Below, piece by piece: positions 1 through 11,426 of a DNA stretch of 64,000 nt (the stretch's first letter is position 1; every line of letters starts with the position of its first letter). The stretch is from an uncultured delta proteobacterium (GTDB lineage Bacteria > Myxococcota > Myxococcia > Myxococcales > Myxococcaceae), in the NCBI GenBank assembly GCA_963713045.1, contig CAVQKE010000003.1, forward strand, positions 672,001-736,000. Reading direction: 5' to 3'. Under the pieces are notes generated by a model. It saw only the letters and a program-made list of their open reading frames with translations. It did not search any database and was not told the DNA's origin. The position numbers and the translations under genes were made by a program.

Positions 1-264
1 CGAGGGGCCAATGCGCTCCTCCAGGAAGGTGAGGAAGGCGATGACGTCATGGCGGGTGACGCGCTCAATTTCGTCAATGCGGCGCACGTCCGCGTCGTCG
101 AAGTCCCCCGCCCGGGCGCGGCACTCGGCCAGGGCCTCGGCCGGAGCAATGCCCGCCCGCACCATGCCCTCCAGCGCGGCGAGTTCCACGTCCCGCCAGC
201 GCCGCAGGCGCGCCTGGGCGCTCCACAGGGAGGCCATCTCCGGGCGGCTGTAGCGGGGCAGCAT
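1..264 (-). CDS. purB: Adenylosuccinate lyase, N-terminal part (runs off window)
   Basis: Manual translation MLPRYSRPEMASLWS...IDEIERVTRHDVIAFL is the typical PurB N-terminus; AGGAG RBS upstream. Confidence 0.93.
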   Translation of the reverse strand, partial: MLPRYSRPEMASLWSAQARLRRWRDVELAALEGMVRAGIAPAEALAECRARAGDFDDADVRRIDEIERVTRHDVIAFLTFLEERIGPS

Positions 265-308
265 GCTGCTTACTCTCCTAACGCGAGAGGCGCCCGGCCG
301 ACCAGCGG

Positions 309-2714
309 CTAGTGGAGTTGGTGGAGGAGCACGGCGAACAAAACGCCGAGGAGGACAGCCGCCGCACCGGCGGCGGCAAACTGAAGCCATTTCTTTTGCC
401 ACAGCTGTTTCAGGTGGCGTTTGGCCGGCGCCGGCGGCGGCGGCGCGGGCAGCTTGCGCGGCCTTCCGGAGACGGCTGGCGTTGGGGACGTCGGCTCCTC
501 GGAGGCAGACATCAGGGCAAGGCGCTCGCGCGAGGCACGGTGCTCGGTCGTCACGGCTGGCGCGGCGCTGGCCGGCGGCGCGGCCTCGGACTCGGAGGCG
601 GCCAGGCGCCGAGCATCCTCGGCCCGCATTTCAGACACCACCTCGGCCAGGGCTGCCCCCGGACTCCACGTTCCGCCTTGGTGCCCGCGCTCGGTCGGCA
701 CCGGGCCTTCTGTCAACGGCCCTTCCTTCGCCTCCGCGGGCCGCGGCCGCGCCGGGGCGGTCACCGCTGCCGGCGGCTCCCCGTGCGGGGGGGAAGCATG
801 GGCGGATGTTGCCACCACGCGAACGGCGGGCGGAGACGCGTCTCCGGGAAGGTACGCCTCGGCCACCGGCGGCGGCCATGCGGCGTGCTCGCCCTTGTGC
901 GGAGAGAGGGCCTGGTGGCCCGCGACGGCAGACGGGGCGAGCGCGGGCGCTGGCGGGGGCAGTGGCCGCACCAAGGAAGGGGCCACTGTGTCGGCGGAGG
1001 CCTGGTGGGCGACCGGCGGCGTCGCCAGGGGTTCCACCCGGGCTGAGGACTCGGAGAGGGCCACCGCCACCGCAGCGTGGGCGCCGGTGCGTCGCGCCCC
1101 CGGGCCCCACAGTCCGATGGCGGGGACAGAAGGACGCGGCGCGGGCGCCAGCGACGGGCCGCCGATGCGTGGCAGTGCCGGCAGCGGGCGGACGCTGGGT
1201 GCTTCCGGCTCCGGCGCCACCTCCTCGGCACTGGGCGCTGCCGGCGCCAGGGCTGCAGCCACTTCCGGCGGCGCCTCGGCCAGGGACAGCACCGTCGGTT
1301 CCGCCTGGGCTTCGCTTGCGCTTGAAGGCGCCTCCTCTGCTTCCGCCTCTTCCTCTTCCTCACTCCACAACGTCTCGCCGGCGGGCCGCTGGGTGGCCGC
1401 AGGGGACGACGTTGCGTTGGCTTCGTCCCAGAAGGGCGTTTCGGGCGACGCGGCGCCCTGGCCGGGGGCAGCGTCGGCAACGGGCTGCGGGCTGGGCTGC
1501 ACCGGCGCCTCCCCCTGCGGGGCCTCGGGTGCCTCTGCGGCGACGGGTTCGGGTGGCGCCGCGGCCGGGGGCGGTGCCGTCTGCGCCGCGGCGACGGATG
1601 CCAGCAGGTCCGGCCCGGCCTCGGCCGGCGCGGCAGCCAATTCCGTGGCCGCGGCCATCTCGGCTGGCGGGGGTGGCATGGCCGGCGGCTCCGGCATCAC
1701 CACCGCCGTCTGCGTCTCGACGAAGTCCACTTCAAAGCCGTCGTCGGCAGTCGCCCCGGTGGAAGACACGGCCGGGAGGGGCTTGCCCTCCACCACGCCA
1801 CTGAAGGCTTCAAACATTTCCCGCACGCTGCGGAAGCGGGCTTCCGGGCGCTCGGAGAGCGCACGCCGGTAGAAGCCTTCCATGGCGTCCGGAAGCTCGG
1901 GGTTGACGAGGCGCAGCTCGGGGATTTCGTCCTCCGGCGTCAGTCCGGTGAGCATCTCCCCCACCAGCACGCCGAGGCTGTAGACGTCCGCGCGCGGTTG
2001 GAGGGAAAGCCCGGCGAGGTATTCTGGCGAGAGGTGGCGGTGCGCAGACTTCTGGCGCAGGGCCTGGACGAAGGGCGGCCGGGGGAGGCCCGCGGCGACG
2101 CCCCAGTCCGTCACCTTCAGCATGTCCGGCAGCACCAAAATGTTTTCCGCCTTGAGGCCGCCGTGCGCCCCGGCCGGGTGAGCCGCTTCAAGCGCCGCCA
2201 TCAGCTGGCCGAGGATGGGCTCGACTTCGTCCGGCGCGAACGTCTGTCCCTTGGCCAGCCGCAAGTCGATGATGCGGCGAAGCGGCAACCCGTCGAGGAA
2301 GGTGTAGGTGAAGTAGGGCCAGCCCTGGTCAATGCCCACGTCGTGCAGCCGGGTCAGCGATGGATGCAGAAAGCGTCGGGCCGGCTCGAGGGCTTTGAGG
2401 AAGGCCTCCCGCTCCTCGCCCGTCTGGGCGAAGCGCGGGTGAATCAGCTTCACCGAGACGTCGATACCGAGTTCACGGTCTTCGGTGCGCAGCACGAAGC
2501 CCAACGGCCCGACGCCCACCGCGTCCTTGACGAGGTAGCGGTTGGCCATCAACTCGCCCTCGCGGTAGGGCGCACCGGCAAGCAGCGCTGGATTCAGCTT
2601 CTTGCGGAGTCCGGTGCCGCTGGGCATCCGCGCCGTCCCCACCTGACGCTGGCCACAGGTGCCACAACGTTCAGCCGTGTCGGGGACATGGCTTCCGCAG
2701 CGGTAGCAAAGCAC
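309..2714 (-). CDS. Zinc-ribbon / Hanks-type Ser/Thr kinase-like protein (probable pseudokinase) with long Pro/Ala linker and C-terminal TM
   Basis: CYRC..CGTC ribbon; VSVK, HGGLKAENIL, DWG, SPE, ADVYSLG motifs; hydrophobic C-terminus. Confidence 0.85.
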   Translation of the reverse strand: MLCYRCGSHVPDTAERCGTCGQRQVGTARMPSGTGLRKKLNPALLAGAPYREGELMANRYLVKDAVGVGPLGFVLRTEDRELGIDVSVKLIHPRFAQTGEEREAFLKALEPARRFLHPSLTRLHDVGIDQGWPYFTYTFLDGLPLRRIIDLRLAKGQTFAPDEVEPILGQLMAALEAAHPAGAHGGLKAENILVLPDMLKVTDWGVAAGLPRPPFVQALRQKSAHRHLSPEYLAGLSLQPRADVYSLGVLVGEMLTGLTPEDEIPELRLVNPELPDAMEGFYRRALSERPEARFRSVREMFEAFSGVVEGKPLPAVSSTGATADDGFEVDFVETQTAVVMPEPPAMPPPPAEMAAATELAAAPAEAGPDLLASVAAAQTAPPPAAAPPEPVAAEAPEAPQGEAPVQPSPQPVADAAPGQGAASPETPFWDEANATSSPAATQRPAGETLWSEEEEEAEAEEAPSSASEAQAEPTVLSLAEAPPEVAAALAPAAPSAEEVAPEPEAPSVRPLPALPRIGGPSLAPAPRPSVPAIGLWGPGARRTGAHAAVAVALSESSARVEPLATPPVAHQASADTVAPSLVRPLPPPAPALAPSAVAGHQALSPHKGEHAAWPPPVAEAYLPGDASPPAVRVVATSAHASPPHGEPPAAVTAPARPRPAEAKEGPLTEGPVPTERGHQGGTWSPGAALAEVVSEMRAEDARRLAASESEAAPPASAAPAVTTEHRASRERLALMSASEEPTSPTPAVSGRPRKLPAPPPPAPAKRHLKQLWQKKWLQFAAAGAAAVLLGVLFAVLLHQLH

Positions 2715-2764
2715 GTGCGAAGTCTATTCGACTCACTCCGCGGCGCCACTCCTCCGCCGGCGCA

Positions 2765-3217
2765 TCACATGCCGGTGGAACCAAATCCGCCTGCGCCGCG
2801 CGTGGTCGCCGGGAGTACCTCCACCTCCACCAACGCAGCGCGGACTACCGGCGAGACAACCAGTTGGGCAATGCGCTCTCCACGCCGAAGGCTAAACGGC
2901 GTAGAGGAGAGGTTGGCCAGAATGACTTGCACCTCGCCCCGGTAATCCGAATCGATGGTGCCCGGTGAATTGAGACAGGTGACGCCGTGGCGCAGCGCCA
3001 GCCCCGAGCGCGGCCGCACCTGGGCCTCGAAGCCCTCCGGGAGCGCGATGGCCAGTCCGGTGGGCACCGCTCGCCGCTCGAGCGGCGCCAGCGTCCATTC
3101 GCCGTCGATGTCGGCCAACAAGTCCAGGCCTGCCGCGCCGTCCGTTTGGTAGCGCGGCAGAGGCAGCGGCTCGGCATGGGAGCGCACCCGCTGCACTGGG
3201 ACGGCGACGGATTCCAT
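2765..3217 (-). CDS. dut: dUTPase
   Basis: [32 protein letters not shown] motifs. Confidence 0.97.
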   Translation of the reverse strand: MESVAVPVQRVRSHAEPLPLPRYQTDGAAGLDLLADIDGEWTLAPLERRAVPTGLAIALPEGFEAQVRPRSGLALRHGVTCLNSPGTIDSDYRGEVQVILANLSSTPFSLRRGERIAQLVVSPVVRAALVEVEVLPATTRGAGGFGSTGM

Positions 3218-3232
3218 TCCCGTTTCGGGCCG

Positions 3233-5386
3233 CTAGGCCTTGGCCTGGGGCTCTCCCGGGGTGGCGGTCGCGGCCGGCGGCTGGGCCCCCTCGGCGCGCT
3301 CGGCCATGGCTTCCTTGCGGGAGAGGCGGATTTTCCCGGTGCGGTCGATGCTGATGACTTTCACCATCACCTCATCGCCTTCTTTGAGGACATCCGAGAC
3401 GCTCTTCACCCGTTTGTCGGAAAGTTCGGAAATGTGGACCAGGCCGTCGGTGCCGGGAAACAGTTCGACGAAGGCGCCAAACTCGGCAATTTTCCGCACC
3501 GTTCCGAGGTACACCTTGCCCACCTCGGCCTCGCGCGTCAGCGCCTGCACCATGGCGATGGCTTGCTGGACGGCCTCGGAGTTGTTGCTGGCGATGTCCA
3601 CCCGGCCGCTGTCCTCGATGTTGATGGAGCAGCCGGTGCGGGCGATGATGTCCTTGATGACTTTGCCGCCCGGACCGATGACATTCTTGATGAATTCGGG
3701 CCGGATCATCAGGGTGGTAATGCGGGGCGCGTAGCGGTTGATTTCCGGCCGCGCCTTGTCGAGCGTCTTCATCATCTCGCCGAGAATGTGCAAGCGCCCG
3801 CGTCGGGCCTGCTCCAACGCCTGGCTCATGATGGCGGTGGTGAGGCCAGTAATTTTGATGTCCATCTGGATGCTGCTGATGCCCTTCTCGGTGCCGCACA
3901 CCTTGAAGTCCATGTCGCCCAGGTGGTCCTCATCCCCGAGGATGTCCGAGAGGATGGCCACCCGTTCGCCCTCCTTCACCAGGCCCATGGCGATGCCCGC
4001 CACCGGGGCCTGGATGGGAACGCCCGCGTCCATCAGCGCCAGGGTGCCGCCGCAGACGGAGGCCATGGAGCTCGAACCGTTGGACTCGAGGATGTCGGAC
4101 ACCACCCGGATGGTGTAGGGGAATACTTCGCTCTTGGGCAGCATCCCGCGCAGCGCCCTTTCTGCGAGCGCGCCATGTCCAATCTCGCGCCGCCCGGGGC
4201 CGCGGAGCGGCTTCGTTTCGCCGACGCTGAAGGGCGGGAAGTTGTAGTGCAGCATGAACTTGCGGAACGTCTGTCCGGACAACAGCTCCACCCGTTGCTC
4301 GTCCTCGCTGGTGCCGAGCGTGGTGGCCACCAGGGCCTGGGTCTCCCCGCGGGTGAAGAGCGCGCTGCCGTGCACGCGTGGAAGCAGGCCCACCTCGCAG
4401 GTGATGGCACGGACCTGGTCATGGCCCCGGCCCCCGACGCGGCCGCCGCTGACCGTCAGCTCTCGCATGTATTCGTACTTGAGGTCCTCGACCACCGCCT
4501 TGGCCAGCTTCTCGGTGGCGGGCGTGAAGGTCTCGCCCAGCCGTTCCCTCAGCTTGGTGATGGTCTGCTTCTTCACCGCACTTAACGCGTCGTAGCGGGC
4601 GTGCTTTTCGGAGATGGCGTATCCGGCGCGGATGCCCTCCATCGCTAGGTCGCGGACCGCCAGTTTGAGGGATTGGTCGGCGACGGCCGCCTTCTCATAG
4701 GCGCGGACCGTGACCCCCAGCTCGCGTCGCATCTCCTCCTGCAGCGCCAGCACCGGCTGGACCGCCCGGTGGCCGAATTCCAAGGCGGCCACCATGTCGG
4801 CCTCGGACACCTGCTCTGCCCCGCCCTCCACCATGACGATGGCGTCCTTGCTGGCGGCGATGATGATGTCCATGTCCGAGACCGCCCGCTGGGCGGCAGT
4901 GGGATTGGCCACCAGCCTCCCGTCCACCCGGCCCACCCGGACGCCGGCGATGGGGCCGTCGAAGGGGATGTCGGACAGCATCAGGGCCGCCGAGGCGCCG
5001 GTGATGCCGTGGATGTCGCCCTCATTCTCCGGGTCCGAGGAGATGACCGAGGCGATGACTTGCGTCTCGTAGCCGTAGCCCTCGGGAAACAAGGGCCGAC
5101 AGCTTCGGTCCACCTGGCGCGAGCTGAGCGTCTCCTTTTCGGTGAGTCGGCCTTCGCGCCGGAAGAAGCTGCCCGGGATGCGGCCGGCGGCGTACAGGCG
5201 CTCCTGGTACTCCACCGTCAGCGGTAAGAAGTCGACGTCCTTCTTCTCCTTCGCCGACACCGCGGTGACGAGGATGATGGTGTCCCCATAGCGCAACACC
5301 ACCGAGCCGTCGGCCTGCTTGGCCATTTTTCCGGTTTCGAGGGTGAGGGTGTTCTCTCCGAATTTCACTTCCTTCTTGAGGTACAT
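3233..5386 (-). CDS. pnp: Polyribonucleotide nucleotidyltransferase (PNPase)
   Basis: [42 protein letters not shown] and S1 domains. Confidence 0.98.
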   Translation of the reverse strand: MYLKKEVKFGENTLTLETGKMAKQADGSVVLRYGDTIILVTAVSAKEKKDVDFLPLTVEYQERLYAAGRIPGSFFRREGRLTEKETLSSRQVDRSCRPLFPEGYGYETQVIASVISSDPENEGDIHGITGASAALMLSDIPFDGPIAGVRVGRVDGRLVANPTAAQRAVSDMDIIIAASKDAIVMVEGGAEQVSEADMVAALEFGHRAVQPVLALQEEMRRELGVTVRAYEKAAVADQSLKLAVRDLAMEGIRAGYAISEKHARYDALSAVKKQTITKLRERLGETFTPATEKLAKAVVEDLKYEYMRELTVSGGRVGGRGHDQVRAITCEVGLLPRVHGSALFTRGETQALVATTLGTSEDEQRVELLSGQTFRKFMLHYNFPPFSVGETKPLRGPGRREIGHGALAERALRGMLPKSEVFPYTIRVVSDILESNGSSSMASVCGGTLALMDAGVPIQAPVAGIAMGLVKEGERVAILSDILGDEDHLGDMDFKVCGTEKGISSIQMDIKITGLTTAIMSQALEQARRGRLHILGEMMKTLDKARPEINRYAPRITTLMIRPEFIKNVIGPGGKVIKDIIARTGCSINIEDSGRVDIASNNSEAVQQAIAMVQALTREAEVGKVYLGTVRKIAEFGAFVELFPGTDGLVHISELSDKRVKSVSDVLKEGDEVMVKVISIDRTGKIRLSRKEAMAERAEGAQPPAATATPGEPQAKA

Positions 5387-5751
5387 GCGTTCCTTCTGGC
5401 TCTGGCCGGAGTCGCTCTGAGGCCCCTCTTTTCCCGGGAACGCAGCATTCCCTGGAAGAGGGGCGAGCTCCCCTGGCCCGTGGTCTCTCGTTTGTGTTGT
5501 CCCAAAACTGCCCTGGAAGGGACCGGGAGAGAGCTGCCACCGAAAGGAACTTTCAGTCTCTGAGCGCAGGCGCCGACGACGGCCAACTCCATCTTCGGCG
5601 CCTCCGTACGGAGGCCAAAACTCCTTTGCGGTCTCTCCCGTCCTTTCGACTCTGTTTAGGCTTCCTTTGGGGGCACCGCCGGCATTCCGGGCTGCGCCGG
5701 AACAGCGTCGAAGCTTCCCACAGGGAGCTTGTTTTCCCGGGGGGCTCCGCC

Positions 5752-6021
5752 CTACTTGCGGATACCGAGCCCGTCAATCAGCTTCTTGTAACGCGCGGAG
5801 TCCTTCTTCTTCAAATAGTCCAGAAGCCGCCGGCGCTGCCCCACCAGCTTTAACAGGCCGCGGCGGCTGTGGTGGTCCTTCTTGTGCGTCTTGAAGTGGT
5901 CGGTCAGCTGGTTGATGCGCTCGGAAATCAGCGCCACTTGGACTTCTGGGCTTCCGGTGTCTGTCTCGTGTGTCCGGTACTGTGCAACCAACTCGGCTTT
6001 CCGCTCAATCTCGACTGTCAA
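5752..6021 (-). CDS. rpsO: 30S ribosomal protein S15 (TTG start, 89 aa)
   Basis: [35 protein letters not shown] at 6021 preceded by GGAG gives the canonical 89 aa. Confidence 0.97.
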   Translation of the reverse strand: MTVEIERKAELVAQYRTHETDTGSPEVQVALISERINQLTDHFKTHKKDHHSRRGLLKLVGQRRRLLDYLKKKDSARYKKLIDGLGIRK

Positions 6022-6199
6022 TTGCCAACTCCATCCCACTCCCGGGGGGTTGTGGTGGGGGGACGTCCCCGGCCCGCCCAGCTGGAGGCCCGTACGGCTT
6101 TCCCTTGGAAGGGGAAAACGGGCCCCGAGACGTCCGCGGAGGGGTGCAGACGCCGGGCCGCCCGGGCCCGGAGATTCCCCCCGGGACTGGGCGCCGGGG

Positions 6200-6228
6200 C
6201 TTATAGGCGCGCCACCCCGCGAATGCAA
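6200..6228 (-). promoter_or_regulatory. Sigma70-type promoter for rpsO
   Basis: TTGCAT-17 nt-TATAAG on the minus strand. Confidence 0.7.
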
Positions 6229-6323
6229 TTCCTCCTCGGGAGGGCACAGGGGCCGCCTGGCAAGCCGCCCGGGGGGTGGCCGTCCCGGCAGCCGCAGCGA
6301 CGGGCTGTCGACGGCGGCAGTTT

Positions 6324-6605
6324 TCAGGAAGGTGACGTGGCCGGTTCGGCCGACGGGGCGAAGAGCCAGACGCGCGCATTCTCGCGCCGTCCCCGCCGCG
6401 TCGCCCCTTCTTCGTAGAAGAGGGTCAGCCCTTGCCGTCCCTGTCGGCGCTCCGTGGCCAGCACCCGAGCCAGCTTCGGGTACAGCGTCAACAGCGTCTG
6501 CAGCACCTCTCCCACGCCGGAGCCAGCCGGCACCCCCAGCTCCACCCGCCGCTTGCCCTCCACGGCCGCGCGCAGGCTGCTGGGGATGAGGACGGTGACA
6601 TTCAC
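6324..6605 (-). CDS. MoaD/ThiS-like beta-grasp small protein lacking the C-terminal Gly-Gly
   Basis: [10 protein letters not shown]...[13 protein letters not shown] pattern; start overlaps the truB stop. Confidence 0.6.
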   Translation of the reverse strand: MNVTVLIPSSLRAAVEGKRRVELGVPAGSGVGEVLQTLLTLYPKLARVLATERRQGRQGLTLFYEEGATRRGRRENARVWLFAPSAEPATSPS

Positions 6606-7489
6606 GTTTGGGCCAGCACGCGGACGTAGACCAGACGGCCGCCGCGGACCTCGGCCACCGCCAACAGAGTGCCGTCTGGGCCGAGCACCCGCAACCGCCC
6701 CCGGGTTTCCACGTGGACTGGCAGGGGCAGGCCGTGCGCGACTTTGGCAGCGTCAGCGGCGCTCACCGGAAAGACGGGCAGCGCTGGCAGCATGTCGGCC
6801 GGAGACACCAGCCGCGCCTGGATGGCCTGTGGGCCTTCTCCGTCTTGGACCAGAGCCTGCAGCCTTTCCAGGGAAAGGGCGCCTTCCAAGCCGAAGGGGC
6901 CGCTCGCCGTGCGGCGCAGGGCCTTGAGGCAGCCTCCACAGCCGAGCGCCTGGCCGAGCTCCTCAGCCAGCACCCGGACGAAAAACCCCTTGCTGCAGCG
7001 CACCGACAAGGTGACGTCGGTGGCGGAGAAGTCCCGCAGCAGCAGGGCGTGGACGGTGACCGGCCGGGCCGAACGCTCCACTTCCTGGCCCGCCCGCGCC
7101 AACTCATGCAGCCGGCGTCCGGCCACCTTCACCGCCGACACCATGGGCGGCGTCTGCAGAAAGCTGCCCCGAAAGCGCTCGAGGGCCGCCTCCAGCCGAG
7201 CCTCGGACAGCGGCGGCACCGGGGCCGTCCGCAGCACCGTTCCGGTGATGTCCAGGGTGGACGTCTGAAGGCCCAAGCGCACCACTGCGTCGTAGGACTT
7301 CTCAAAGTCCGACAGCAGTCCGGCCAGCTTGGTGGCCTCGCCCAAGGCCACCGGCAGCACACCAGTCGCCATCGGGTCGAGCGTCCCGGTATGCCCGGCC
7401 TTGCGCGCACCGGTGAGGGCCCGGACCCGTCGCACCACGTCGAATGAAGTCGGGCCCGAGTGCTTGTCGATGACGAGAAGGCCGTCCAT
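6602..7489 (-). CDS. truB: tRNA pseudouridine(55) synthase
   Basis: [27 protein letters not shown] motifs; position in the infB operon. Confidence 0.97.
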   Translation of the reverse strand: MDGLLVIDKHSGPTSFDVVRRVRALTGARKAGHTGTLDPMATGVLPVALGEATKLAGLLSDFEKSYDAVVRLGLQTSTLDITGTVLRTAPVPPLSEARLEAALERFRGSFLQTPPMVSAVKVAGRRLHELARAGQEVERSARPVTVHALLLRDFSATDVTLSVRCSKGFFVRVLAEELGQALGCGGCLKALRRTASGPFGLEGALSLERLQALVQDGEGPQAIQARLVSPADMLPALPVFPVSAADAAKVAHGLPLPVHVETRGRLRVLGPDGTLLAVAEVRGGRLVYVRVLAQT

Positions 7490-7522
7490 GAGGCTGCCGA
7501 AGCTTAACGCCCCGGCCGACGC

Positions 7523-7882
7523 TCACCAGCCTTCCTTGGCCTTCACCTCGCGCAGCAGGCGGTCAATCTTGTCGCCCTCCTGCACCGAGCCGTCGAAGAC
7601 GAAGAAGACTTCTGGCGAGACGCGCAGCTTCACCCGCGCCGTCACCTCCCGGCGGACGAAGCCCTTGGCAGCGTCCAGCCCGGCTTGCGTCTCCCGGTGC
7701 GCCGCGTCGTCGCCAAGACTCGACCAGTAGACGCGCGCCACGCGCAGGTCCGGAGACACCTTCACCCCGGTGATGGTGATGAAGCCGATGCGCGGGTCAC
7801 GCAGCGCGCCGCGGCCAAGCAAGTCGGCCACCGCGGCCTGAATCTCTGCCCCCACCCGCTCGGGCCGCGCTGGCGTGCTCAG
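7523..7882 (-). CDS. rbfA: Ribosome-binding factor A (probable CTG start)
   Basis: [36 protein letters not shown]...PE.FFVFD; CTG overlaps the upstream TGA. Confidence 0.93.
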   Translation of the reverse strand: MSTPARPERVGAEIQAAVADLLGRGALRDPRIGFITITGVKVSPDLRVARVYWSSLGDDAAHRETQAGLDAAKGFVRREVTARVKLRVSPEVFFVFDGSVQEGDKIDRLLREVKAKEGW

Positions 7883-8400
7883 GGCTTCTCCCAATCGCGG
7901 CGGTTGCGGAGGGCCCGCGCCCGCCCCCGGGCCTCGGCCACCGACAGGTCTCCGCTGGTCCGCTGCCCGGCCCGGCGGACGAGGGGCTCGTCCGGTCGCC
8001 GCTCCCAAGCGGCCATGCCCTCAGCCTCGGCCAGGCTTCGGTCCTCGCGGGCGAAGGGAAGCTCGAGGGTGCCTGGGTCGGTGCCCGGGACTGGGGCCGC
8101 GAACAGCTGCTCCCCAAAGGCCAAAATCTCTCGCTCCCGGGTAAGAAGCGGTGCGAGGTACATCTCCTCGACGAAATGCAGCAGCTTCTCCAGCTGCTCA
8201 TCGACGTGGCGCCGGTCATTTCCCACCACCGCAAAGGCGATGGTGGCCCGCTGCCAGAGGTCCTGGTCCTCCACCTCCGCCACCGAGGCGTTGAAGCGCG
8301 CCTTGACGCGGTCGGTAATGCGGCGGAGCACCTGGCGCTTGGACTTGAGCGACCCAGAGTCCGCGATTTGAAGCGCGCAGCGAGCGACACCGACAAACAT
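7879..8400 (-). CDS. DUF503 (YlxP-like) protein with C-terminal extension
   Basis: [34 protein letters not shown]; between infB and rbfA. Confidence 0.88.
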   Translation of the reverse strand: MFVGVARCALQIADSGSLKSKRQVLRRITDRVKARFNASVAEVEDQDLWQRATIAFAVVGNDRRHVDEQLEKLLHFVEEMYLAPLLTREREILAFGEQLFAAPVPGTDPGTLELPFAREDRSLAEAEGMAAWERRPDEPLVRRAGQRTSGDLSVAEARGRARALRNRRDWEKP

Positions 8401-8456
8401 CTGGACTGCTGCTCCTTGTCGAAGAGGCACCGCCCGGCAGGGCCTGGAGGAGAAGC

Positions 8457-11374
8457 CTACTCCAGGCTGGGCCGCGTCTCCTCGACCTCGAAGGCCTCGA
8501 TGATGTCGAGCGGCTTGAAGTCCTGCCAGCCCTCGACGCCGATGCCACACTCGAAGCCCTGCGCGACCTCGCGCACGTCGTCCTTGAAGCGCTTGAGGCT
8601 GGCCACCTTCCCGGTGCCGATGGCCTTGCCGTCGCGGAAGATGCGCACCTGGCTGGTGCGGCGGATGACGCCCTCCAGCACCGAGCAGCCGGCGATGGTG
8701 CCCAGCTTGGGCACGTTGAAGAGGTTGCGGACTTCGGCCCGCCCCAGCTTCTTCTCGGTGCGGATGGGCTCGAGCAGCCCTTCCATCGCCTTGCGCACCC
8801 CGTCAATCAATTCATAGATGATGGAGTAGGTGTCGATGGCCACGCCCTGGGCCTTGGCCGCCGCCTCGGAGCCGGACTCGGGCTTCACGTTGAAGCCCAG
8901 CACCGTGCCCTTGCTGGCCGCCGCCAGCATGACGTCGGATTCGGTCATCGCCCCGACGCCCTTGTGAATAATCTCCACCTTCACCTTGGGAGTGGACAGC
9001 TTGGTGAGGGCCTGGGCCACCGCCTCCACCGAGCCTTGGACGTCGCCTTTGATGACGACGCGCAACTCCTTGGCCTCCCCTTCCTTCGTCCTCTCGTAGC
9101 AGCGACTCGAGCGAGTCCTTGGATGTCTTGCCGAGGTCCGCCTGGCGCTCCTTGGTAATGCGGTGGTCGGCAATCTCCTTGGCTGCCTTCTCATCCTCGA
9201 CGCCGTTGATGGTGTCGCCGGCGGTGGGGACGCCGGATAGGCCCACCACCTCGGCCGAGTAGCCGGCCAGGACTTCCTTCACCGGCTTGCCGCGGCCGTC
9301 GAGCATGGCCCGCACCCGGCCGTAGTGGGTGCCGGTGACGACGGCGTCCCCGTTGCGCAGCGTGCCCTCCTGGACGAGGACGGTGGCCACTGGGCCCCGG
9401 CCCTTCTCCAGCTTGGCCTCAATCACCGTGCCCAGCGCCGGTCGGTTGGGGTTGGCGGTCAGCTCCAGCACCTCGGCCTGCAGCAAAATGTTTTCGAGCA
9501 GCAAGTCCACGCCGGCCTTGGTGCGCGCGGACACCGGCACCACAATGGTGTCCCCGCCCCACTCCTCGGGCACCAACTCGAGGGCCGCCAAGTCCTTCTT
9601 CACCCGCTCTGGATTGGCAGCCGGCAAGTCCATCTTGTTGATGGCCACCACCAGCGGCACCTTGGCCGCCTTGGCGTGGCTGACCGCCTCCTGTGTCTGG
9701 GGCATGACGCCGTCATCGGCGGCCACCACCAAGACCACCAAGTCCGTGACGGTGGCGCCTCGGGCCCGCATCGACGTGAAGGCCTCATGGCCTGGGGTGT
9801 CGAGGAAGGTGATGTCGCCCTTCGGTGTGGCGACGGTGTAGGCCCCAATGTGCTGGGTAATGCCCCCCGCCTCGCCCTCGGCCACGTGGGCGGAGCGGAT
9901 GGCGTCCAGAAGCGACGTCTTCCCGTGGTCGACGTGGCCCATGACGGTGACCACCGGCGGACGGGGCCGCTCGTCCTCGGGACGCTCCGCCACTTCGGGG
10001 AGGTAGTCCTCCACCTCGAAGCCCACCTTTTCGACTTTCCAGCCGTAGTCGGTGGCGATGATGGCGGCCGTCTCCATGTCCACCATCTGGTTGGCGGTGG
10101 CCAGGGTCCCGCCAGCCATCAGCTTCTTAATAATTTCCGCCGTCTTGACGCCCATCGTCTGGGACAAGTCCGAGACGCTGATGGCCTCTTGGATGCGGAT
10201 GACCTTCTTCTCGCCGGACATCTCGGTAATTTGCGTCTTCTGCCCCTTCTTGGTGGGCTTTCTCTTCTTGCCGCGCACCGGGATGGTGACACGCCCCCAA
10301 ATGAGGTTGTCCATCTCCTGCTTGGTGATGCCACCTTCCTTTTCGGTGGTGCGCTTCTTCCCCCGCTCCTGTTCCTTCTTCTTGGTGACGTCGATGAGCT
10401 CGCGGCCGCGGCCCAGCCCGTCGGGCACCACCTTAAACTCGCGCACCTCGCCAATGGCCTTCTTGCCGGGGGCCATGGGGATGTTTTTGTGGGCGGTGGA
10501 GGAGGGTGTCACCCGGCGCACCGCAATCAGTGGACGGCTGATGACGACCGCCTGGGTGGCCGTTGGGCGCATCGGCCGGGCCTCGCCGGGGGCGCCGGTG
10601 GGCGCAGCGCTGGCCCCGGGTGCCGCGCCGGCACGCGGGCCGCCGACGCCCGGACGGTGGGTGACGGTTTGCCCCATGCCGGTGGAACGCGCCTGGGGCG
10701 ACAGCCCGGGGCCACCGGTCCGGGACTGCGGGCCGCCCGAGGTACCGGCCCGGGCCGCGGGGGATGCCGGGCCGGTGCGCGCGCCTTGCGACGGCGGACG
10801 GGAGATGATTTGGGCCGCCCGGAAGCCAGCGCTCGCCGGCCGCTGTGCTGGAGGCGCTGCGGACGGGGGAGTCGAAGCCGCTTGCGCCGCGGCCGGCGTC
10901 GCCGCGGGGGCTTCGCGCGGCTGGGGCGACCGGCGCCGCTGCGGCCGGCGGCGGCGGCGCGGGTGCCTCCACCGGCGCGGCTTTCACCGCGGGGGAGGCC
11001 TCGGCCACCACTTCCGCGGCAACCTCCTGGGCGGGCGGCGGCGCGGGCGTCTCCACCGCTGCTGCCGGGGTGTGGGCTTCAGCGGCTTCGGCCGGCGCGG
11101 CCGTGCCATTGGGGCCCGGATGCACCTCGGGCCCAGGGCCACGACGGCGCACCACGAAGCCCTTGGCCGCCACCGGCGCGGGCGCCGCGCGCGGCCGGCG
11201 CTTCTCGACAATGCGCTGCACCGCCGCGGTGGCCTGGTCGTCCTCGAGCGAGCTGGAGTGGCTCTTGACGTCGTAGCCGAGCGACGTCAACTCGGTGACG
11301 ACCTCGCGGTTGTCCAACTCGATGCCAAAGGACTTGAGCTCTCTGGCGATTTCGTGAACGCGCTTCTTCGACAT
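8457..11374 (-). CDS. infB: Translation initiation factor IF-2 (about 971 aa), interrupted by two +1 indels (near 10920 and 9100), probably sequencing errors
   Basis: [11 protein letters not shown]-terminus; [18 protein letters not shown]-domain; [18 protein letters not shown]-terminus, across three frames. Confidence 0.96.
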
Positions 11375-11426
11375 AGGCCCCTTGCTGGCTTCTTCTAACC
11401 CACTCGTCGCTTCTCGGCCCAGACCT

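Noticed and set aside
263..1872. Long plus-strand ORFs (513 and 483 aa), and similar shadow ORFs throughout (e.g. 2987-4585, 9325-11268, 30625-32658, 60993-62684)
   Set aside because: Antisense or alternate-frame shadows of real high-GC genes; Arg/Pro/Gly-rich with no motifs
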